This document shows positions 57,767-64,000 of a DNA stretch of 64,000 nt, one piece after another (positions within the stretch are counted from its first letter, which is position 1; each line of letters starts with the position of its first letter). Location: assembly GCA_902472585.1 (NCBI GenBank), contig CABROM010000001.1, forward strand, positions 221,864 through 285,863, in the 5' to 3' direction. A model generated the notes under the pieces. It was given only the letters and a program-made list of their open reading frames with translations. It ran no database searches and was not told the DNA's origin. The DNA is from an uncultured Clostridium sp. GTDB lineage: Bacteria; Cyanobacteriota; Vampirovibrionia; Gastranaerophilales; Gastranaerophilaceae. Both the position numbers and the translations under genes were made by a program.

Positions 57767-59191
57767 TTACTGTACAAACTTTAAATCAGGATGACGAGCA
57801 GCAAGCGTCTCATCCAATCTTTTTACCGGAGTTGTATGAGGAGCTGAAATTAATTTTTCAGGATTTGTCTTAGCTTCCTGCGCAATCTTCAACATTGCCT
57901 CAACAAACTCATCTAAAACTTCTTTTGTTTCAGATTCAGTAGGTTCAATCATTATTGCCTCATGAACAATTAATGGGAAATAAACCGTTGGCGGATGAGT
58001 ATTTTCATCCATCAAAGCTTTTGCAATATTTAATGTTGAAACCCCGTTTTCATGTTTTTGCTTTTCACCAGACAAAACAAATTCATGCATACAAGGTTCA
58101 TCGTAAGGTAATAAATATGCACCTTTTAATTTTTCTTTTAAATAATTAGCATTTAAAACGGCATTTTCACTAGCCTCTTTTAAGTTATCACCCATCATTA
58201 AAATATAAGCATAAGCTCTGACTAAAACACCAAAGTTGCCATAAAAGCCTTTCACACTACCGATTGAATGCTTGATATTATAATTTCTGAAATATTTTTC
58301 TCCGTCATAATCAATAAAAGGCGCAGGCAAAAATTCTTTCAAAGCGTCTACAACACAAACAGGGCCGGCACCAGGTCCGCCACCACCGTGAGGAGTTGAA
58401 AATGTTTTATGCAAATTCAAATGAACAACATCAAATCCCATTAATTTCGGATTTGTATAACCCATAATAGCATTGAAATTAGCTCCGTCATAATACAAAA
58501 GTGAACCATTTTCATGCATCAATTTTGAAATTTCCAAAACATTTTCTTCAAACAACCCTAAAGTATTAGGGTTAGTCATCATAATAGCAGCAACATCACT
58601 ATCTAAAAGACGTTTCAATTCTTCGATATCAACCTGTCCTCTTTCGTTAGATTTTACAGGGACAATATCAAATCCGCACAAATGAGCACTTGCAGGATTT
58701 GTACCATGAGCAGAATCAGGGATAAGAACTTTTTTACGCTTATCTCCTTTTACCTCAAAGTATTTTTTAATAATCATCATCCCTGTAAGCTCACCATGAG
58801 CACCTGCTGCAGGTTGCAAAGTTACGGCATCCATTCCTGTAACTTTTTTCAAAGCTTCCTGTAACTTATACATCAATTCCAAAGCGCCTTGACAATCAAC
58901 ATCATCAGATAGAGGATGTAAATTGGCAAAATTTTCAAGAGAAGCCAATAGCTCATTAACCTTTGGATTATATTTCATAGTGCAAGAGCCTAAAGGATAA
59001 AAGCCTTTTTCAATACAAAAATTTTCATCAGAAAGAGCCTTGTAATGTCTCAATGCCTCCAATTCACTAACACTTGGCAATCCTATTTCATTTTGTCTTA
59101 ACAAATTTTGATTTAAGAAGTTCAAGTCTTCTTTTTCATCAGTTAAAGTAATACCCTGAACTCCATTACTTTTTTCAAAAATAGTTTTCAC
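57767..59191 (-). CDS. gcvPB: Glycine dehydrogenase (decarboxylating) subunit 2 (P-protein C-terminal subunit)
   Basis: ...GLPSVSELEALRHYKALSDENFCIEKGFYPLGSCTMKYNPKV... 474 aa. Confidence 0.9.
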   Translation of the reverse strand: MKTIFEKSNGVQGITLTDEKEDLNFLNQNLLRQNEIGLPSVSELEALRHYKALSDENFCIEKGFYPLGSCTMKYNPKVNELLASLENFANLHPLSDDVDCQGALELMYKLQEALKKVTGMDAVTLQPAAGAHGELTGMMIIKKYFEVKGDKRKKVLIPDSAHGTNPASAHLCGFDIVPVKSNERGQVDIEELKRLLDSDVAAIMMTNPNTLGLFEENVLEISKLMHENGSLLYYDGANFNAIMGYTNPKLMGFDVVHLNLHKTFSTPHGGGGPGAGPVCVVDALKEFLPAPFIDYDGEKYFRNYNIKHSIGSVKGFYGNFGVLVRAYAYILMMGDNLKEASENAVLNANYLKEKLKGAYLLPYDEPCMHEFVLSGEKQKHENGVSTLNIAKALMDENTHPPTVYFPLIVHEAIMIEPTESETKEVLDEFVEAMLKIAQEAKTNPEKLISAPHTTPVKRLDETLAARHPDLKFVQ

Positions 59192-59808
59192 TAAATAATC
59201 CCCTGTTTTTTTAAATCCAACTTAATTTTATCTAACCCTGATTGTATAATACGTGAAATTCGTGATTGGGAAATGTTAAATTCTTCAGCGATTTCTCTTA
59301 ATTTTTTTTCTTTAAAGAATTTATATTCAATAAGTTCTCTTTCTCTTGGCGGAAGCTTTTTCATAGATTCAATAATTTCAGCCTTAAGTTCAGATAATTC
59401 AATGCATTCTTCAGGAGTTTTATCTTCAGCTTTAATCTGAATAGGAACTTCTGCATCTTGCATTTCATCTATTGATAAAATTGTTTTATAAACTTCTTCT
59501 CTAAGATTATCATTTTCTTCAGCAGCTCTGAGTTTTCTGTTTTTCAAAGAATACCATTTGTAACGGCGTCTTACTTCGTTTCTGATAGCCCATTTTATAG
59601 CTGTTGAAAGATAAGTATTGTTGTAATTTTCAGGAGAATGATTTTTGAATAAAATATATAAAGTGTGATTACCAATATTAATAAGTTCAGGCAATTCTAT
59701 AAGATGAGAATTTGAGAACTTCTGATACTCAACTTTTGCAATAGTTTCTATTAAATCTTTATAATCTCTTAAATTTATCTTTTGCTGAACATTTTGTTTT
59801 GCTGTCAT
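59191..59808 (-). CDS. Sigma-70-family RNA polymerase sigma factor (FliA/SigF-like, regions 2 and 4)
   Basis: Region 4 HTH LREIAEEFNISQSRISRIIQSGLDKIK. 205 aa. Stop overlaps the gcvPB start. Confidence 0.6.
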   Translation of the reverse strand: MTAKQNVQQKINLRDYKDLIETIAKVEYQKFSNSHLIELPELINIGNHTLYILFKNHSPENYNNTYLSTAIKWAIRNEVRRRYKWYSLKNRKLRAAEENDNLREEVYKTILSIDEMQDAEVPIQIKAEDKTPEECIELSELKAEIIESMKKLPPRERELIEYKFFKEKKLREIAEEFNISQSRISRIIQSGLDKIKLDLKKQGII

Positions 59809-59947
59809 GACTATAACATATTCCTATCAAAAAACATTTCCCTAAAAACATAATAGCAGAAAAAAATATAGAATACCAGACAATGTAATTTTCCTTAACA
59901 TAAATTATATTTATTGGGCAATATGATTTTAATAAAGGAGAAAATTT

Positions 59948-60814
59948 ATGAAAATATTATTTTGTACAGATGGCTCAAAAATAAGCTTTAATGCACTAAA
60001 AAACATCTCTCGTTGGGTTAGAAAAGCCCAAATCGATACAATATGTGTAATAGATTGGTCATTTTTACCTGATGAAATAAATATTGAGGATGAAAATTTT
60101 TCCTATACTTGTGCAAATATGGCAGACACAGTTCTTAATCACGCAAAAGAAGAAATTAATAAATTACAAATGCAAAACGGAGAACAAATAAAAAATTGCG
60201 GTTCTGCGATAGAGGGAATAATTGAACAAGCAGATAAAAAGGATTATGACTTAATTCTTATGGGCTCTCACGGCAAAAAAGGAATGCAAAAATGGTTAGG
60301 TTCGGTATCACAAGCAATTATTAACAATAGCGAAATATCAAATTATATATCTAAAGAAGAAAATAAATGTGAAAAAATTTTACTAACGACAGACGGTTCT
60401 CTTTGCTCTTTAGAAATAATGAATAAAATAATTCCGAATATAAATTTTGAGGATAAAGAAATTCATATTTGTATGGTAAATGAAGACCCGAATTTTTTAT
60501 TTCTTGACGGCACTTTAGATACAAATTGGCTTCTTGATATTCAAAAGCAGCAACAAATATATGCAGCAAAAGCAATTGACAAAATCAAAGACATAATTAA
60601 AACAAACTGCAATAAAGATGTTAATGAAACCGCAATATTATCAGGTATTCCCGCACAAAAAATAATAGATTATGCAAGAACAAGAGAAATTGATTTAATT
60701 GTTATGGGTTACAAAAGTAAGACAAAATTAGACAGATTTCTAACAGGTTCTGTCAGTAAACGAGTTCTTGAAAATGTTGTAAGTGATATATGGCTTGCAA
60801 GATGCAAGAATTAA
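59948..60814 (+). CDS. Tandem universal stress protein (UspA) domain protein
   Basis: Two Usp modules: KILFCTDGS...LILMGSHGKKGMQKWLGSVSQAIIN and KILLTTDGS...LIVMGYKSKTKLDRFLTGSVSKRVLE. Confidence 0.8.
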   Translation: MKILFCTDGSKISFNALKNISRWVRKAQIDTICVIDWSFLPDEINIEDENFSYTCANMADTVLNHAKEEINKLQMQNGEQIKNCGSAIEGIIEQADKKDYDLILMGSHGKKGMQKWLGSVSQAIINNSEISNYISKEENKCEKILLTTDGSLCSLEIMNKIIPNINFEDKEIHICMVNEDPNFLFLDGTLDTNWLLDIQKQQQIYAAKAIDKIKDIIKTNCNKDVNETAILSGIPAQKIIDYARTREIDLIVMGYKSKTKLDRFLTGSVSKRVLENVVSDIWLARCKN

Positions 60815-61503
60815 TATGTCATTTCCCAATTATTATTTAATATTAATCCAAAGCAACCCTTTGCATCTGATCTTGCAGTACAACCAAGTGCAGCCCTTAC
60901 ATCTTTTGCATTAGTTTTTCCAGATCCGCAAGATGTACCGGAAGTTCTGCATTCTGGAGGGATTCCATCTTCATCAATAGAACCGTCTTTATAATAAGAT
61001 ACAAAATATAAATCACGACCAGCGACATTTGGACCGGCTTTTCCGTTTACATCAATTGTTATATGTCCATAAGTACCGTGATATTTTGCATTTTCCAAAC
61101 ATAAAGAAGCTCCGTTTGCTATTACAAAACAAGGTGCATTGGCACTACCAAACCAATAATTACTATTATTCAAATTAGAACCATTTATATTTTTATATTG
61201 CCCATCATAAAAACAATCAGTAAAATTAGTACAAGATTTAACTATTTTAAAATAATTTTGCATAAAATTCGTAATCTCAGCAGAAGATGTAAGTCCTGCT
61301 TCATGCAGATTCAACGCATTTTTATCAGTCATATATTGCATAAAAGCCTGAGATAGCAAAGTATACACTTGATGAAGTTGGGTTGTATAAGCTTTTCTCT
61401 GGTGATTTTGCATTAATGTAGGCACTGTCATTGCTGCGACAACACCAATAATTGCTAATGTAATTAAAACTTCAGCTAATGTAAAAGCACTAAATTTTTT
61501 CAT
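60811..61503 (-). CDS. Type IV pilin-like protein (prepilin N-terminal cleavage/methylation domain), intact
   Basis: MKKFSAFTLAEVLITLAIIGVVAAMTVPTLMQN. Cys pairs in the C-terminal half. No homopolymer tract. Confidence 0.85.
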   Translation of the reverse strand: MKKFSAFTLAEVLITLAIIGVVAAMTVPTLMQNHQRKAYTTQLHQVYTLLSQAFMQYMTDKNALNLHEAGLTSSAEITNFMQNYFKIVKSCTNFTDCFYDGQYKNINGSNLNNSNYWFGSANAPCFVIANGASLCLENAKYHGTYGHITIDVNGKAGPNVAGRDLYFVSYYKDGSIDEDGIPPECRTSGTSCGSGKTNAKDVRAALGCTARSDAKGCFGLILNNNWEMTY

Positions 61504-61619
61504 ATAAAACTCTCCATATTCTTTACTTTATTATTATAAAACATATCTACAATAATGTCAATCTTTAATATATTATTTCAAATCTTGACCGCAAATAAAA
61601 ATAATGTCATAATTAAGCT

Positions 61620-62492
61620 ATGTTTAAATATTATGGCAAATACGCACCTTATTTATTTTTATTGCCGGCAGCAGTTGTGCTTGTAATATTCTTTTTTATA
61701 CCATTTTTTCAAACTTTTTTACTAAGTTTTTTGGATTATTCAAACAATATTTATCAAGCAGAATTTGTAGGACTTCAAAACTATATAAATTTATTCCACA
61801 ATCCTATATTTTATAAAGTTATGTGGAACACATTTTTATATCTTTTTATTGCGGTGCCAATTCTTGCAATATTCCCGCTTTTTCTGGCAATATTAATTAA
61901 TCAAAAAATCAAAGGGGTAACTTTATATAAAATATTAATATACCTTCCTGTAATTGTATCAATCGTTGTTGCAGCAATAGCATTTAAGTGGCTTTACGCT
62001 GATCAGGGAATTTTAAATTATCTTGTTACAAAACTCGGATTTGAACCTGTCGGTTGGCTTACTGATCCGAATTTTGCGCTGTATTCAGTTATTATTGTAA
62101 CTATTTGGAAGGGAATCGGATATTATATGATAATCTATCTTGCGGCATTAATGAGTGTTCCAAAAGAACTTTATGAAGCCTGTGATATTGACGGTGCGAA
62201 CTTTTTAACCAAACATTTAACCGTTACGGTTCCTCATATAATGCCGACTATCGCACTTGTAACAACAATCAGCGCAATATCTGCAATGAAAGTTTTTGCA
62301 GAAATTTATGTTATGACAAAAGGCGGTCCTTTAAATTCCAGCAAAACAATCGTTTATTACATTTATGAAAGAGCATTTGAAAATCTTGATTTAGGTTTTG
62401 CCTCTGCTATGGCAGTTGTTCTACTTGTTATTGTAATGGTGTTCTCGCTAATCAACATCTTATGTTTTGAAAGAAACAAATATCAGATTTAA
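61620..62492 (+). CDS. Carbohydrate ABC transporter permease (MalF/UgpA-like)
   Basis: 6 TM. EAA-loop region ...LYEACDIDGANFLTKHLTVTVPHIMP. Confidence 0.8.
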   Translation: MFKYYGKYAPYLFLLPAAVVLVIFFFIPFFQTFLLSFLDYSNNIYQAEFVGLQNYINLFHNPIFYKVMWNTFLYLFIAVPILAIFPLFLAILINQKIKGVTLYKILIYLPVIVSIVVAAIAFKWLYADQGILNYLVTKLGFEPVGWLTDPNFALYSVIIVTIWKGIGYYMIIYLAALMSVPKELYEACDIDGANFLTKHLTVTVPHIMPTIALVTTISAISAMKVFAEIYVMTKGGPLNSSKTIVYYIYERAFENLDLGFASAMAVVLLVIVMVFSLINILCFERNKYQI

Positions 62493-62508
62493 TTGAAAGG
62501 TTGAAATT

Positions 62509-63354
62509 TTGAAAGGAATAAAATTTAAAAATTTATATGCACATATTATATTAATCGCGGTTTCACTTTTATCAATATTTCCGTTTATATGGTTAATATC
62601 AACTTCTTTAAAAGGGAACAGCGAAAATATTTTTGCATACCCGCCACAAATTATTCCTCAAGATTTTACTTGGGCAAATTATAGCGGAGTATGGGACAAA
62701 GTTGATTTTATCGGATATTTTATAAACAGTATGATTGTTGCAGGCGGTACTGTAATTCTTAATTTAATTCTTTCTGCAATGGCTGGTTATCCGCTTGCTA
62801 GAATGGAATTTAAGGGTAAAAAAATCACATTTTTTGCAGTTCTTGCAACAATTATGATTCCGTTTCAGGCAATAATGCTTCCCGTATATCTTATTACACT
62901 AAAACTTCATTTGGTTGACAGTGTAAACAATTTTGCAGGATTTGTAGGATTAATTATGCCTTTTGCAGTAAACGCATTTGGAATATTTCTTATGCGCCAA
63001 GCATTTTTAGGAGTACCAAGAGAAATGGAGGAAGCTGCAATTGTTGACGGGTGCAACGTATGGCAAGTATTTTGGAAAGTTTTAATGCCAATGGTAAAAC
63101 CATCACTTGCGGTTCTTGCAATATTCACATTTATCGGTTCTTGGGGAGAATTTTTATGGCCAAGTATCGTACTTACAAAAGAATCTATGTACACACTGCC
63201 TGTCGGAGTAAATAACCTTCAAGGAATGTTCAGTTCAAATTGGAGATTTATTGCAGCGGGTTCAATTCTTTCCACAATTCCTATTTTAATATTTTTCTTA
63301 GCTATGCAAAGATATTTCATTTCAGGAGAAAATGAAGGTGCTGTTAAAGGATAA
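62509..63354 (+). CDS. Carbohydrate ABC transporter permease (MalG/UgpE-like)
   Basis: MEEAAIVDGCNVWQVFWKVLMP EAA motif. 281 aa. Confidence 0.8.
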   Translation: MKGIKFKNLYAHIILIAVSLLSIFPFIWLISTSLKGNSENIFAYPPQIIPQDFTWANYSGVWDKVDFIGYFINSMIVAGGTVILNLILSAMAGYPLARMEFKGKKITFFAVLATIMIPFQAIMLPVYLITLKLHLVDSVNNFAGFVGLIMPFAVNAFGIFLMRQAFLGVPREMEEAAIVDGCNVWQVFWKVLMPMVKPSLAVLAIFTFIGSWGEFLWPSIVLTKESMYTLPVGVNNLQGMFSSNWRFIAAGSILSTIPILIFFLAMQRYFISGENEGAVKG

Positions 63355-63364
63355 GTAAATAAGT

Positions 63365-64000
63365 TTATTCAACACCTGGGACGTGAACATTATATCTTAC
63401 ATCATCATATTCGCTGTATTCATCGTCAAAATCTTCTTCAAAAATTTTCTTAGCTGAACAAACTCTTAAATTCTTTATAATAGCATTATCAAGTTCTTCT
63501 GTATAAACCAATTTACCATTAATGAAAGTTACAGGAGGATTTTCAACAGGTTTTTCGTCATCTTCCGTAATTTTATCAATCAAATCGCTGCTTGAATTTG
63601 CCAAAATAGTTCTGGTTACGTCATTCATAACATCAAATACATAACGTTGTTTTGAAGCAGTATTTTTACCGCCATAATTAGCTACCAAAGTTGTAGCCTT
63701 TTCTAATTCTTCCAAAGATTCTTTGTAATATTTCAAATGTCTTAATAAAATTGCTAAATTATAATGAGCTTCATAATTCATAGGATTAAGTTCAATTGCC
63801 TTACAATATGCTAATCCTGCTTCCTTATAATCTCCTAAAAGATGATAAGTTAAAGCCAAGTTGTAACGAGCATCATAATCTTTTTTCAAAATTTTGCAAG
63901 CTTCTTTATATGCTTCCAAAGCCTTTAACAAATATTGACGTCTTAATTCCCATTCATCATCAAGGTAAATTGATTTTTGTTTATATGCAACTCCCTTATT
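63365..64000 (-). CDS. TPR-repeat protein, N-terminus beyond the window end
   Basis: TPR units (ARYNLALTYHLLGDYKEAGLAYCKAIELNP...). The minus-strand frame stays open through position 64000 (...KQKSIYLDDEWELRRQYLLKALEA...). Confidence 0.6.
   Translation of the reverse strand, partial: NKGVAYKQKSIYLDDEWELRRQYLLKALEAYKEACKILKKDYDARYNLALTYHLLGDYKEAGLAYCKAIELNPMNYEAHYNLAILLRHLKYYKESLEELEKATTLVANYGGKNTASKQRYVFDVMNDVTRTILANSSSDLIDKITEDDEKPVENPPVTFINGKLVYTEELDNAIIKNLRVCSAKKIFEEDFDDEYSEYDDVRYNVHVPGVE

Overview
This window is a ~64 kb, very AT-rich (roughly one-third G+C by eye), gene-dense bacterial chromosomal segment using the standard genetic code. Core housekeeping genes are recognisable from the translations: F1 ATP synthase alpha (C-terminal fragment) and gamma, CCA-adding enzyme, RsmE, TypA/BipA, GlgA, a class-I aminotransferase (DapL-like), RuvB, MetK, TlyA, PolA, the ClpX/ClpP/trigger-factor block, a PBP4-type DD-carboxypeptidase, TrmL, NAD(P)HX dehydratase, AnmK, DnaE, GcvPB, MiaA, a sigma-70-family sigma factor, and five tRNAs (Gly-GCC, Gly-CCC, Thr-UGU, Thr-GGU, Tyr-GUA).

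Accessory and unusual content:
- Three type IV pilin-like (class III signal peptide) genes. Two of them are interrupted by long poly-C/poly-G tracts inside unusually long leader peptides, which looks like slipped-strand phase variation with both genes currently OFF. They sit as inverted outer boundaries of a block that contains two tandem, divergent ~590-aa paralogs of unknown function.
- A 1176-aa protein with a triple zinc-ribbon N-terminus and TPR-like repeats.
- An operonic pair of WYL-domain (PafB/PafC- or BrxR-like) regulators immediately upstream of dnaE, preceded by a 550-bp strand-biased noncoding region.
- A decayed tRNA-associated region: a split partial duplicate of a tRNA-Gly 3' end carrying a ~100-nt structured insert, a duplicated tRNA-Thr 5' end, a frameshifted Kelch-like pseudogene, and a secreted-protein gene with a single in-frame TAG.
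- A GC-rich structured leader upstream of metK that does not match the SAM-I consensus by eye.
- An SLH-domain protein and an AsmA/TamB-like protein, which argue for a diderm envelope with an S-layer.

These features would fit a Melainabacteria- or Elusimicrobia-like gut lineage, but that is inference only. No CRISPR array, rRNA, integrase or transposase was recognised.
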